This document shows positions 1-10,328 of a stretch of DNA of 64,000 nt, in pieces. This DNA comes from Flavobacteriales bacterium (GTDB lineage Bacteria > Bacteroidota > Bacteroidia > Flavobacteriales_D > Sanyastnellaceae). Numbering within the stretch: the stretch's first letter is position 1; every line of letters begins with the position of its first letter. Where the stretch lies: assembly GCA_947462725.1 (NCBI GenBank), contig CANHPZ010000001.1:3969-67968 (forward strand), in the 5' to 3' direction. Both the position numbers and the translations under genes were made by a program. Under the pieces are notes generated by a model, which searched no databases, was not told the origin of the DNA, and saw nothing but the letters and a program-made list of their open reading frames with translations.

Positions 1-834
1 GCGACTATACAATTCTACCTCAAATTCGGCCACACGTCCTGAACCTCCCAAGCGCTGGGCTTCGATAAACTCACTCAACTCATCATACGCCATTGCGGAA
101 GTAATCTCCGACCGCAGCCCAAAATCCTGCTCATCCATAGGCAAAATTGTATCAATCTGCGCGCGCATCTCAAGACGCTCGGCTCCGCTCTCATTGTAAG
201 TGCGAACCTGCGCGTTCATGATTCTCCATTGGCCGGTTTCCTTTAGATATTGAGCACTGCCCGCAATCAATTTGTAGGTCAGCTTTCCATCTTTCCATTT
301 CTCCAAAGAGAAATTGTCTCCGGAAACATTCTCAGGACGGAAAGCATAGAAATAAGCAATTGTACCTGGCTCAATCTCGCGGTGCATATTCTTTTCAGTA
401 ACCGTTATCGGATCCTTCATGTAGTTCACCTCAAACTCATACTTCTGACGATTGGCCTTAGGCACAACCACATGACTGAAGAACAGCAACACCGCAACAA
501 GGATTCCCGATGCTATAAAATAAGGTCTGATAAACCTTGCATAACTCACACCACCGCTAAGCACAGCAATAATTTCAGACTGCTGCGCCAGCTTACTCGT
601 AAACCAAATAATAGTTAGAAAGACAATGAACGAACTCAGCAAGGTCCCGAAGTAGAAACAAAAATTGACATAATAGTCCGTGATTATCTGATACCATGGC
701 GCTCGTGCCTTCACAAGTTCATCAATGTTCTCACTCACATCAAATACAACCGCAATCAGCACAAACGCGCCAATCATAAACAGGAACGTTGCCAAGAACT
801 TCCGAATGATGTAGATGTCGAGCTTTTTAATCAC
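1..834 (-). CDS. LptF/LptG family LPS export permease (3' end runs off the window)
   Basis: Read manually from GTG at 834, overlapping the tgt stop: MIKKLDIYIIRKFLATFLFMIGAFVLIAVVFD..., the typical LptF/G N-terminus with hydrophobic helices. tgt-lptG adjacency is common in Bacteroidota. Confidence 0.85.
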   Translation of the reverse strand, partial: MIKKLDIYIIRKFLATFLFMIGAFVLIAVVFDVSENIDELVKARAPWYQIITDYYVNFCFYFGTLLSSFIVFLTIIWFTSKLAQQSEIIAVLSGGVSYARFIRPYFIASGILVAVLLFFSHVVVPKANRQKYEFEVNYMKDPITVTEKNMHREIEPGTIAYFYAFRPENVSGDNFSLEKWKDGKLTYKLIAGSAQYLKETGQWRIMNAQVRTYNESGAERLEMRAQIDTILPMDEQDFGLRSEITSAMAYDELSEFIEAQRLGGSGRVAEFEVELYSR

Positions 835-1970
835 TACAGCCTTTGCATGAGTTTTACAACCATCTCATTTTTCCAAGAAGCAAATGTGCCCTCAAGAATT
901 TTCTCACGCGCCTTTCTCACCAAACGCAGATAAAAATTGAGATTATGCAGGGTGCCAATTTGCATGGCGAGAATTTCTTCGGAAGCAAACAAGTGGCGTA
1001 CGTAGGCCTTCGTGTAAAATGAATCCACGTAACTCTCACCATCAGGATCTAGCGCAGAAAAATCGCGCTCCCACTTTTTGTTGCGCATATTCATTACGCC
1101 ATTCCAAGTGAAGAGCTGTCCATTGCGTGCATTGCGCGTGGGCATTACACAATCGAACATATCGACACCTAGTGCAATGGACTCCAAAATATTCGCAGGC
1201 GTACCCACGCCCATCAAATAACGCGGTTTATCCTTCGGCAAAATGCCACACACCAACTCGGTCATCTCATACATCATCTCGTGCGGCTCACCTACACTCA
1301 ATCCTCCGATAGCATTTCCTTCGGCGCCTTTCTCGGCAATGTATTCTGCACTTGCCTTGCGTAAATCACGAAAAACCGAGCCCTGAACAATAGGGAACAA
1401 CGACTGGTGATGTCCATACAAAGGCTCCGTTTCATTGATGCGTGCAAAACACCGATCGAGCCAGTGATTGGTTATCTGTAACGATTTTCGAGCATACTCC
1501 TCTGTGCATGGATAAGGCGGACATTCATCAAAAGCCATAATGATATCAGCGCCAATCACGCGCTGAATGTCCATCACATTTTCGGGAGTAAACCAATGCG
1601 CAGAACCATCGATGTGCGATTTGAACTTCACACCCTCCGGTGTGATCTTGCGATTATCACTCAGCGAATACACTTGATAACCTCCGCTATCGGTAAGAAT
1701 GGGCCGATCCCAACCATTGAACTTGTGCAGACCTCCCGCTTCACGCAGTATAGAAGTCCCCGGACGCAAATACAAGTGATAGGTATTTCCCAAGATAATC
1801 TTCGCGTCAACATCTGATTTCAGATCTTGCTGCGTAATGGCCTTCACGGTTCCGGCTGTTCCAACAGGCATGAAAATAGGCGTGGGAATTTCACCGTGAT
1901 CCGTTTGAATGCGCCCGGCACGAGCATTACTGGAAGGATCCGTTCCTTCTATATTGAATTCTAAAGGCAT
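834..1970 (-). CDS. tgt: Queuine tRNA-ribosyltransferase
   Basis: TPIFMPVGT, LGNTYHL, TDSGGYQV, GGLSVGE, YLMGVG and DMFDCVMPTRNARNG motifs. Confidence 0.97.
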   Translation of the reverse strand: MPLEFNIEGTDPSSNARAGRIQTDHGEIPTPIFMPVGTAGTVKAITQQDLKSDVDAKIILGNTYHLYLRPGTSILREAGGLHKFNGWDRPILTDSGGYQVYSLSDNRKITPEGVKFKSHIDGSAHWFTPENVMDIQRVIGADIIMAFDECPPYPCTEEYARKSLQITNHWLDRCFARINETEPLYGHHQSLFPIVQGSVFRDLRKASAEYIAEKGAEGNAIGGLSVGEPHEMMYEMTELVCGILPKDKPRYLMGVGTPANILESIALGVDMFDCVMPTRNARNGQLFTWNGVMNMRNKKWERDFSALDPDGESYVDSFYTKAYVRHLFASEEILAMQIGTLHNLNFYLRLVRKAREKILEGTFASWKNEMVVKLMQRL

Positions 1971-2009
1971 AAAAATATCGCATCGCTGTAACAGCGATTT
2001 TATGTTGTA

Positions 2010-3860
2010 TTACTTCATCTTGCGCACAGCAGCAGCTAAAGCGTATCGCGTAATTTCCGAAACCACCGTATTGCGCGTTGCCGGCATCTTGCAAAGGCCG
2101 GGCTCCTCGTTATAAGAAAATATTTCCGGTGTATTTCCGCTCAATGCCATGGCGTGCAACGAAGGCTCAATCAGCTCGGCCATACTAGCATCCTGGGATG
2201 AAAAAACAATCAGCGGATTGGATGCCACAGTATATAGCGGTGACAGCTCAGAAGCATTCAACTCCCCTGATTTAAGCAAAAAACGCACATCATCATTAGC
2301 GGTGCGCTTCATATAGGTCGCATATTCATTAACGTCGAAAATCGGATTGATGAACACCGAACGATTTTTCATTTCCGGATGCACATTTATTACACGCAAG
2401 GCAACTTGTGCCCCAACACCAATGCCGCACGGCACAACACCGGGAGAGTTTGGAAACATCTTGTTGATTTCAGAAATACAAATAGACATGTCAGACAAAA
2501 TCATCCCAGACCACCAATCAAATCCGTTGGTAAAAGTGGTAGCTATATAACTGACGGAGTGAAATAAATCTACTTCAAGAATAGGAAATCCCAAACGCGA
2601 TAGCGCTGTAATGATACTATCTTGGGCAACATCAGGTAATGACCATAAGCGCTCGCCAAAAAACAATAGAGTTGGGTATTTTATTTCCTGAACAGCAGGC
2701 AAGTGAAACTTCAATAGCATGTCGTTTCCGCGAGAATCTTTAACTACCGACACGGTCTGCTTGGGTTGATCCCCTTGCACATTTTTAGATTCGCTGAGCG
2801 CCTTCAATTCCTTATTGGCTGCATTGTAACGATAATAAACTAAAGTACCGTCGCTCAACGAGACGGCAACAATCCAAACGTTTTCATCAACGCTGCTGCT
2901 CACAATTTGAAAATCAGATTTACCGGGGATTACAGACTTAATAGCGGAATACAACGTGTTTGAATTCTTATCGATCAGCACAAAGCCATTCTCCTTACCG
3001 CGATACCAAGCCATTATCGGACGATGGTCTTTTGGTGAAAAAAACACACGCTCAACAGAAGAGCCTGACTTACTAAAAATCTCCTTCGGCTGACCACTGC
3101 CGTAAACATCTATTTCCATCAAAGCCGCACCTGTGCGACCCGCATTTGACAAACAGTAATAATAACCCTTGTTTACGAATGAGGTTTCCAGTGCGCTGAA
3201 TTGCGTACAATTCGCAAAATCGATGAACTTGTCACCGCCCTTATTCTTCATCAGCAAAATTCTTGAAGCCTCATTTTTATAAACGAATGCAATTCCACCA
3301 TTCGAATTTGCCGCCCAATGGAACAGACCGTCATCATTACGCTCAACCAATTGCGCATCCTTATCATCTTTATTAAATGAAAAGAAATCGTAATGAAAAG
3401 GCTGTGACGCGGAGTTCATTTCGAAACTGATTACCCCTTCAGCACTCGATGCATGTATCACACGCACATTGCAACCCTCGCTAGAAATACGTCGAAACTC
3501 ATTCTGCTCTATATCCATCACATACATCGTTCGATTGAAACCGCCGGTGACGTAGACCAAATGATTGCTGCCTAACCAATAAAACTCTTCCACGCCAAAA
3601 TCACCAATGAAAGATGCCTGCCGGATTTCTCCACCACCGGATTGACGATAAAACACATTTGGTACTTCCTTGAACTTGTCAAAAAAAGCCATGTGCTTTC
3701 CATTCGGAGACAACTGAAATCCAGACCCTGTAGGAATAAGAAAACTATTTACAGGCGAATCCCCCCCCTTATCGGGAATGCCTTTCACCTCTTGTGCTTG
3801 CGCACAATTAGAAACGAGAGCCAAACATAAAGCTCCCCAAATAATGAAACTCTTCTTCAT
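2010..3860 (-). CDS. Secreted S9/DPP-like beta-propeller plus alpha/beta-hydrolase protein, apparently catalytically degenerate
   Basis: Signal peptide from MKKSFIIWG; FQLSPNGKHMAF propeller start; hydrolase-like C-terminus with GIGVG where GxSxG is expected. Start moved from 3908 to 3860. Confidence 0.65.
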   Translation of the reverse strand: MKKSFIIWGALCLALVSNCAQAQEVKGIPDKGGDSPVNSFLIPTGSGFQLSPNGKHMAFFDKFKEVPNVFYRQSGGGEIRQASFIGDFGVEEFYWLGSNHLVYVTGGFNRTMYVMDIEQNEFRRISSEGCNVRVIHASSAEGVISFEMNSASQPFHYDFFSFNKDDKDAQLVERNDDGLFHWAANSNGGIAFVYKNEASRILLMKNKGGDKFIDFANCTQFSALETSFVNKGYYYCLSNAGRTGAALMEIDVYGSGQPKEIFSKSGSSVERVFFSPKDHRPIMAWYRGKENGFVLIDKNSNTLYSAIKSVIPGKSDFQIVSSSVDENVWIVAVSLSDGTLVYYRYNAANKELKALSESKNVQGDQPKQTVSVVKDSRGNDMLLKFHLPAVQEIKYPTLLFFGERLWSLPDVAQDSIITALSRLGFPILEVDLFHSVSYIATTFTNGFDWWSGMILSDMSICISEINKMFPNSPGVVPCGIGVGAQVALRVINVHPEMKNRSVFINPIFDVNEYATYMKRTANDDVRFLLKSGELNASELSPLYTVASNPLIVFSSQDASMAELIEPSLHAMALSGNTPEIFSYNEEPGLCKMPATRNTVVSEITRYALAAAVRKMK

Positions 3861-3953
3861 GATTGTAATTTGTATCGAGCGTAAACTTAAACACAAGCCG
3901 ACAAACATTAAAAACTCAAACCAACAAGTAATAATTTATTTTTTTTCAATCCA

Positions 3954-4020
3954 CCCCCTAAAAAATAGGGGGCATTATCAATATTTATTTGTGTTTTTAG
4001 TGACAACCCCCCTATTTTTG
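3954..4020 (+). promoter_or_regulatory. glnA promoter: inverted repeat CCCCCTA-AAAAA-TAGGGGG plus a further half-site overlapping the -7 element TATTTTTG (4013-4020)
   Basis: Inverted repeat seen at 3954-3972. CCCCCTATTTTT at 4008-4019 is the reverse complement of 3961-3972. TAnnTTTG match lies 41 nt before the ATG. Confidence 0.6.
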
Positions 4021-4061
4021 ACCCGTCATTCGAAAATTAAACCAACAAATTCGATTAACCC

Positions 4062-6248
4062 ATGTCATCTACACGTTTTCAAGCCCTTTCAGAACTGCAT
4101 GAACGCAAGGCCGTACGCAACGAAATACCCGGTAATCGCGTGAGCGAATACTTCGGCAACAACGTATTCTACTACCACAAGATGCGCGAGTATCTCACCG
4201 ACGATGCATACGACAAACTCATGGAGTGCATCAATAGTGGTGCGCGAATCGACCGCCAAACGGCGGATCACGTGGCAGCAGCCATGAAAGAATGGTCGAT
4301 TCAAAAAGGTGTAACGCATTACACTCATTGGTTTCAACCACTAACAGGAACCACTGCGGAAAAACACGATAGTTTCTTCAAGCCTCTTTCTGATGGTCGT
4401 GCACTCGAAAAATTCGACGGCACTATGCTCGTTCAACAAGAACCTGATGCATCATCTTTTCCATCAGGCGGATTGCGAAATACGTTTGAAGCACGCGGAT
4501 ATACATTGTGGGACCCAACCTCCCCGGCTTTCATTGTAGGCAATACACTTTGCATTCCTACTATTTTCATTTCCTACACCGGTCACGCCCTCGACAATAA
4601 AATGCCTTTGCTAAAAGCGTTGGACTCTGTTGACAAGGCAGCAACTGCTGTGTGCCAATACTTCGATAAAGAAGTAAATAAGGTTTCGGTTACACTGGGG
4701 TGGGAACAGGAGTATTTCCTTATCGACACTTCACTGCACAATGCCCGTCCGGACATCGCCATGACGGGCCGCGCACTCTTTGGCGCTCGCCCGGCCAAAG
4801 GCCAGCAATTAGAAGACCACTACTTCGGAAGCATTCCGGAACGTGTGATGGCTTTCATGCAAGACTTCGAATATGAATCTCATCTTTTGGGCATACCGGT
4901 AACCACACGTCACAACGAAGTTGCACCCAACCAGTTTGAGTTGGCCCCTATGTTTGAAGAAGCCAACCTCGCCAACGACCACAACCAACTCGTGATGGAT
5001 GTGCTAGCAAAAACTGCACGCAAACACAACTTCCACATTCTCCTTCACGAGAAACCATTCGAAGGTGTTAACGGCAGCGGCAAGCACAACAACTGGGCAT
5101 TGAGCACAAATACAGGCGTCAATCTATTGAAGCCCGGAAAGAACCCGAAGTCAAACATGCAGTTCCTCACATTCTTCGTGAACACAGTTGCTGCGATTCA
5201 CGAAAATGCTGATGTACTTCGCGCCTCAATTGCCTCTGTTGGAAATGACCATCGCTTAGGCGCCAATGAAGCTCCGCCTGCAATCATGTCGGCCTTCCTT
5301 GGTGGTCACCTCAGCCGCATGCTCGATGATCTGGAGAAAAACATCAAGGCCGGAAAAATGACTCCGGAAGACAAAACTGACCTTAAACTCAACATCGGTA
5401 AATTGCCTCAGGCCTTGCTCGACAATACCGACCGCAACCGCACTTCACCATTCGCGTTTACCGGAAACAAGTTTGAGTTCCGCGCAGTAGGAAGCAGTGC
5501 CAATTGCGCCAATGCGATGATTGTCTTGAACACCATTGTGGCCAATCGTCTTATTCAATTCAAGAAAGATGTTGATGTTCGAATCAACAAAGGCGACGAC
5601 AAAGACGAAGCAATTCTCAAAGAATTGCAACGCCTCATTAAGATCAGTAAGCCCATCCGCTTCGAAGGAAATGGCTATGGCGACGAGTGGGTGAAAGAAG
5701 CAGCAAAGCGTGGATTGAGCAATTTCAAAGACACTCCAAGTGCTCTCAAAATTTGGAAAAACAAAGACGTGCATAAGATGTTTGAAGCACTTAATGTTTT
5801 GACGCATGAAGAAATTCACGCTCGCTATGAAATCGAAGTAGAAGCCTATGTTCGCAAGCGTGAAATCGAAGCTCGTGTAACCGCAGACATTGCCGTGAAC
5901 CACATTCTTCCTGCAGCAATCGATTACCAAACAAAATTGATTGACAACGTTATTGGACTTAAAGAAATATTCTCGGCCGCTGAATCGAAAAACTTGTCGC
6001 GCACGCAAACCGATTTGATTAAACAAATTTCTATCGAGATTAATGCTCTGAAAGATGCGCTGGACAAGATGAATACTGAGCGCACCAAAGCTGCTAAGTT
6101 GGATATCGAAAAACAGGCTGAAGCATTTAGCAATAAGATTAAACCGCTTATGGATGCTGCTCGCGATGCAGCAGACAACCTTGAACTCATTACGGAAGAT
6201 GAATCATGGCCTCTTCCTAAGATGCGTGAACTCTTGTTCACACGTTAG
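4062..6248 (+). CDS. glnA: Glutamine synthetase type III
   Basis: 728 aa; THYTHWFQPLTG, EPDASSFPSGG, HNEVAPNQFE, HEKPFEGVNGSGKHNNW, DRNRTSPFAFTGNKFEFR. Confidence 0.96.
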   Translation: MSSTRFQALSELHERKAVRNEIPGNRVSEYFGNNVFYYHKMREYLTDDAYDKLMECINSGARIDRQTADHVAAAMKEWSIQKGVTHYTHWFQPLTGTTAEKHDSFFKPLSDGRALEKFDGTMLVQQEPDASSFPSGGLRNTFEARGYTLWDPTSPAFIVGNTLCIPTIFISYTGHALDNKMPLLKALDSVDKAATAVCQYFDKEVNKVSVTLGWEQEYFLIDTSLHNARPDIAMTGRALFGARPAKGQQLEDHYFGSIPERVMAFMQDFEYESHLLGIPVTTRHNEVAPNQFELAPMFEEANLANDHNQLVMDVLAKTARKHNFHILLHEKPFEGVNGSGKHNNWALSTNTGVNLLKPGKNPKSNMQFLTFFVNTVAAIHENADVLRASIASVGNDHRLGANEAPPAIMSAFLGGHLSRMLDDLEKNIKAGKMTPEDKTDLKLNIGKLPQALLDNTDRNRTSPFAFTGNKFEFRAVGSSANCANAMIVLNTIVANRLIQFKKDVDVRINKGDDKDEAILKELQRLIKISKPIRFEGNGYGDEWVKEAAKRGLSNFKDTPSALKIWKNKDVHKMFEALNVLTHEEIHARYEIEVEAYVRKREIEARVTADIAVNHILPAAIDYQTKLIDNVIGLKEIFSAAESKNLSRTQTDLIKQISIEINALKDALDKMNTERTKAAKLDIEKQAEAFSNKIKPLMDAARDAADNLELITEDESWPLPKMRELLFTR

Positions 6249-6262
6249 TTTTGGTTTGTATG

Positions 6263-6294
6263 AAAAAAGGCTGCAGAGGTGCAGCCTTTTTTTT
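6263..6294. terminator. Bidirectional intrinsic terminator between convergent glnA and the aminotransferase
   Basis: AAAAAAGGCTGCA-GAGG-TGCAGCCTTTTTTTT. Confidence 0.9.
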
Positions 6295-6311
6295 ATGTCA
6301 TAATTTCTTCG

Positions 6312-7511
6312 TCAAATCGTTCGGCCAGGATAAACCTTCAATGCCGCACGCAATACTTCTACCGCATTGCGCAGCGACTCTTGATTGAGCACATACGCCA
6401 ATCGCACTTGCTTGCGACCGGGTTCCGGATTGGAATAGAAACCTGTTGCAGGAGCCATCATCACCGTTTGATTATTGTGCTCAAACGATTCCAGCATCCA
6501 CTGACAAAATTTATCGCTGTCATCAATAGGCAATTCAGCAATACAATAAAAAGCACCTTTAGGTTTTGGACATATGACACCGGGAATGGTATTCAATCCA
6601 TCAATGAGGATATCACGGCGCTCTACATATTCTTCCACCACCCCATCGAAATAACTCTGGGGAGTTTCTAATGCGTAAAGCGAAGCCATCTGACCAAAGG
6701 TTGGCGGCGACAATCGCGCTTGAGCAAATTTCATTGCCGCACTCATTACTGTTTTGTTGCGTGTAATCAAAGCTCCGATGCGCGCACCACACATGCTATA
6801 TCGCTTACTCACACTATCGATCATTATAGCGTGCTCATCCAATCCTGAAAGATTCATGATACTGTGAGGCGTTGCCCCATCATATGCAAATTCACGATAG
6901 ACCTCATCCGCCATCAAATACAAATCGTGCTTCACGGCAATATCACGCAATTGCTCGAGCTCTGATGAGCTATATAAATACCCGGTCGGATTGCCCGGAT
7001 TGCAAATCAATATGCCTTTTGTGCGGTCGGTAATCAATTGCTCAAACGCCTCGATGGCAGGCAATGCAAAACCGGTTTCTATGTGACTCATCACAGGAAT
7101 AACCTTCACGCCTGCCATTACCGCAAAGCCATTGTAATTGGCATAAAACGGCTCAGGGATAATTATCTCATCGCCCGGATTAAAGCAAGTCATAAATGCG
7201 AAAACCAACGCTTCACTACCTCCGGTAGTAACCATGATTTGCTCTGGAGTAATGTCGATGGACTTGGATTGATAATATCCGGCCAAGCCCTGACGATAAG
7301 CGGCAATACCATCGCTATTGCTATACTCCACCACTTTCAAATCAAGCTCCTTCATCTTTGAACGTACCACTTCCGGCGTTTCAATGTCGGGTTGACCAAT
7401 ATTGAGGTGATATACTTTTCGGCCCATTTTCTTCGCTGCTTCCGAGAATGGAACAAGCTTGCGAATGGGCGACGCAGGCATTATTTTAGCTTTATTGGAT
7501 ATCGCTGGCAT
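6312..7511 (-). CDS. Class I/II PLP-dependent aminotransferase (aspartate aminotransferase-like)
   Basis: LNIGQPD, NPGNPTG, DEVY and SVSKRYSMCGARIG (PLP lysine). Confidence 0.93.
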   Translation of the reverse strand: MPAISNKAKIMPASPIRKLVPFSEAAKKMGRKVYHLNIGQPDIETPEVVRSKMKELDLKVVEYSNSDGIAAYRQGLAGYYQSKSIDITPEQIMVTTGGSEALVFAFMTCFNPGDEIIIPEPFYANYNGFAVMAGVKVIPVMSHIETGFALPAIEAFEQLITDRTKGILICNPGNPTGYLYSSSELEQLRDIAVKHDLYLMADEVYREFAYDGATPHSIMNLSGLDEHAIMIDSVSKRYSMCGARIGALITRNKTVMSAAMKFAQARLSPPTFGQMASLYALETPQSYFDGVVEEYVERRDILIDGLNTIPGVICPKPKGAFYCIAELPIDDSDKFCQWMLESFEHNNQTVMMAPATGFYSNPEPGRKQVRLAYVLNQESLRNAVEVLRAALKVYPGRTI

Positions 7512-7529
7512 AGTTCACTTTTGAGATCG

Positions 7530-7537
7530 CAAATGTA
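7530..7537 (-). promoter_or_regulatory. Bacteroidota sigma70 -7 element (TACATTTG) for the aminotransferase
   Basis: Exact TAnnTTTG match 18 nt upstream of the start codon. Confidence 0.65.
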
Positions 7538-7563
7538 AACCGAACCGCATACGACAAAGTGGC

Positions 7564-8007
7564 TTATAAGACTTTCCACATGAAGTGATGAGGTCCTATT
7601 TTAGGAATATCATACACTTCAGGTAAATAATCGAATCCGATCTTTTGATAGAAAGGAACCGCTGTCAAACGAGCGTCGCACCACAACACCTCGACACCGC
7701 GTTCCCTAAGCATATTGGCTCCATAGTTCACAAGCATAGCGCCCGCATGTCGGCCCCGATAATCCGGGTGTGTTGCCATTGCGCGCAGTCGATAGTATCG
7801 TTCAAACCGTACCTTATCCGAAGGCATCGAAAAAAAAGAACCCACACTCACCAAGCGGTCACCGTGATACGTCCCCAAATGAAATGCATCCGATCGAGCA
7901 TCAATATCAATCACACAATCCTCCGTGCGAGCGATGTGCGGCCACAGCACCAAATGGCGCAACTGACGAGTTTCTAAAGATTGTATTACGCGCACCTCCA
8001 TCATCAA
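7564..8007 (-). CDS. GNAT family N-acetyltransferase
   Basis: [17 protein letters not shown] acetyl-CoA motif; [15 protein letters not shown]. Confidence 0.88.
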   Translation of the reverse strand: MMMEVRVIQSLETRQLRHLVLWPHIARTEDCVIDIDARSDAFHLGTYHGDRLVSVGSFFSMPSDKVRFERYYRLRAMATHPDYRGRHAGAMLVNYGANMLRERGVEVLWCDARLTAVPFYQKIGFDYLPEVYDIPKIGPHHFMWKVL

Positions 8008-9086
8008 GCCATGGATCCTTCCTTGAGTTTCTCTGAATTCTCAGCGAGCTTCAACGCGTCGATGATCTCTACAACTTCACCGTTCATAACGGCTTCAAGA
8101 TTATACAGGGTAAGATTGATGCGATGATCGGTAACACGTCCTTGCGGATAGTTATAGGTTCTAATCTTAGCACTTCGGTCACCCGTGCTCACGAGCGATT
8201 TGCGCATTTTAGCGCGTTCCTCCTGACGACGATTAACCTCAGCCTCGAAGATACGCGTGCGCAAAATCGTCATGGCCTTCTCTGTGTTTTCGTGCTGCGA
8301 TCGCCCCTCTTGACACTCCACAATAACACCCGTTGGCGCGTGCGTAAGTCGCACCGCTGATTCTGTTTTATTTACGTGCTGACCACCTGCACCGCTGGCG
8401 CGAAATGTATCACGCTTGATATCTGCCGGATTAATCACCACATCAAATTCTTCAGCTTCAGGCAAAACAGCAACTGTTGCCGCGCTCGTATGCACCCGAC
8501 CTTGCGTTTCTGTTTCGGGAACTCGTTGCACCCGGTGCACTCCACTTTCAAACTTCAAGGTGCCATAAACGTCAGAGCCAATAATCTCTATTGAGATCTC
8601 CTTGAATCCACCCATAGTGCCCTCGTTCATATTGAGGAGCTCATACTTCCAACCTTGATCCTGCACAAAACGTGTGTACATGCGGTACAAATCGCCTGCG
8701 AATATGCTCGCCTCATCACCACCGGTCCCAGCGCGTATTTCCATAATGCAGTTCTTCGTGTCTTCCGGGTCTTTAGGAATCAACATGAATTTCACTTCTT
8801 CATCCAACTTTTCCTTCAGTGGGGTGAGCAAATCAAACTCCTCTTGCGCCAATTCTTTCAAGTCCGGATCTTCATTCGAATACAAAATTTCGCGAGCTGC
8901 CTTCAAGTCATCATTCACCTTTTTGTATTCATGATACTTATCGACTAGTACTCCCAAATCCTTGTATTCCTTCATAAGCGTTGGATAACGCTTCATGTCT
9001 GAAATTACATCCGGGTCCGTAATCATCTTACCTACCTCATTGTGGCGATCTACTATAGCCGCCAGTCTATCTAACAAATCTTGCAT
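8004..9086 (-). CDS. prfA: Peptide chain release factor 1
   Basis: GAGGQHVNK (GGQ), [14 protein letters not shown] (PxT motif of RF1), [15 protein letters not shown]. Confidence 0.97.
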   Translation of the reverse strand: MQDLLDRLAAIVDRHNEVGKMITDPDVISDMKRYPTLMKEYKDLGVLVDKYHEYKKVNDDLKAAREILYSNEDPDLKELAQEEFDLLTPLKEKLDEEVKFMLIPKDPEDTKNCIMEIRAGTGGDEASIFAGDLYRMYTRFVQDQGWKYELLNMNEGTMGGFKEISIEIIGSDVYGTLKFESGVHRVQRVPETETQGRVHTSAATVAVLPEAEEFDVVINPADIKRDTFRASGAGGQHVNKTESAVRLTHAPTGVIVECQEGRSQHENTEKAMTILRTRIFEAEVNRRQEERAKMRKSLVSTGDRSAKIRTYNYPQGRVTDHRINLTLYNLEAVMNGEVVEIIDALKLAENSEKLKEGSMA

Positions 9087-9095
9087 ATGCCGTTC

Positions 9096-10268
9096 TTATG
9101 ATTCGTAAACAAATGTTCCATACTCACTTTGTATAGTGAGCTTCTTCGATTCCGCAGCCTCAACTCGGCCTATGATTTTTGCCTCTATATGAAACGCATT
9201 CGCCATAGCAATCATGCGTTCGGCACTCTGTGCGTCGGTGTAAATTTCAAGCCTATGCCCCATATTGAAAACGCGATACATCTCTTGCCAATCTGTTTTC
9301 GATTCCTGTTGTATCATTTTAAACAGCGGTGGCACAGGCAGCATATCATCCTTAATGACATGCAGATTTTCCGTGAAATGTAGCACTTTCGTTTGACCTC
9401 CTCCGCTGCAGTGAACCATGCCTTTCACAGCGCTGCGCATTTCGTCGAGGATGTTTTTCACGAGTGGCAAATACGTGCGCGTTGGCGAAAGCACCAATCG
9501 TCCTGCATCCAACGGCGAATCTTCCACGACATCGGTAAGCGCATAAGATCCGCTATACACCAATTCCGACGGAACACCCTGATCAAAACTCTCAGGATAC
9601 TTTGCCGCGAGCGAACGATAAAAAACATCGTGACGTGCGCTGGTCAAGCCATTGCTTCCCATGCCCCCGTTATATTCACCTTCGTATGTAGCCTGACCAT
9701 ATGAAGCAAAAGCCACAATTACCTGGCCTGAGGCAATGCCCGAGTTATCAATCACATCGGTTTTGCGCATGCGAGCCACCACTGTTGAGTCCACAATTAC
9801 TGTGCGCACCAAATCGCCCACATCGGCAGTTTCGCCACCCGTAACCGTCACGCGAATACCCATTGCCGTTAGCTCATTGGCCAACTCCTGTGTACCCTGA
9901 ATAATTGCGCTGATGACTTCGCCCGGAATAAGGCGCTTATTGCGACCTATCGTACTGCTCAATAAAATCTGATCCACGGCACCTACACACATCAAATCAT
10001 CGAGATTCATAACCAATGCATCCTGGGCAATACCCTTCCACACGCTCACATCACCGGTCTCCTTCCAGTACATATAAGCCAAGGATGATTTGGTGCCGGC
10101 GCCATCTGCATGCATAACGATGCAATGCTCATCGCTACCCGACAAATAATCGGGCACTATCTTACAAAACGCCTTAGGAAAAAGCCCCTTATCCAAATTG
10201 CGAATGGCTGCATGCACATCTTCCTTTTGTGCAGAAACCCCTCTCTGTGAATAGCGTGAATCATTCAT
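9096..10268 (-). CDS. purM: Phosphoribosylformylglycinamidine cyclo-ligase (AIR synthase, Bacteroidota type)
   Basis: MHADGAGTK, GGETADVGD, HCSGGG, FNMGHR. Start reassigned to MNDSRYSQRGVSA because the upstream in-frame extension crosses a terminator hairpin. Confidence 0.88.
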   Translation of the reverse strand: MNDSRYSQRGVSAQKEDVHAAIRNLDKGLFPKAFCKIVPDYLSGSDEHCIVMHADGAGTKSSLAYMYWKETGDVSVWKGIAQDALVMNLDDLMCVGAVDQILLSSTIGRNKRLIPGEVISAIIQGTQELANELTAMGIRVTVTGGETADVGDLVRTVIVDSTVVARMRKTDVIDNSGIASGQVIVAFASYGQATYEGEYNGGMGSNGLTSARHDVFYRSLAAKYPESFDQGVPSELVYSGSYALTDVVEDSPLDAGRLVLSPTRTYLPLVKNILDEMRSAVKGMVHCSGGGQTKVLHFTENLHVIKDDMLPVPPLFKMIQQESKTDWQEMYRVFNMGHRLEIYTDAQSAERMIAMANAFHIEAKIIGRVEAAESKKLTIQSEYGTFVYES

Positions 10269-10274
10269 GGTATA

Positions 10275-10310
10275 AAAAATAAAGGGGGCGGAACCTTGCG
10301 GTCCGCCCCC
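10275..10310 (-). terminator. Intrinsic terminator after the PorE-like gene
   Basis: On the minus strand, GGGGGCGGA-ccgcaaggt-TCCGCCCCC followed by TTTATTTTTT. Confidence 0.8.
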
Positions 10311-10328
10311 GTTGAATATGGTCAATAT

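Noticed and set aside
250..618. 122-aa plus-strand ORF
   Set aside because: It lies antisense to the LptF/G permease frame that runs off the window edge.
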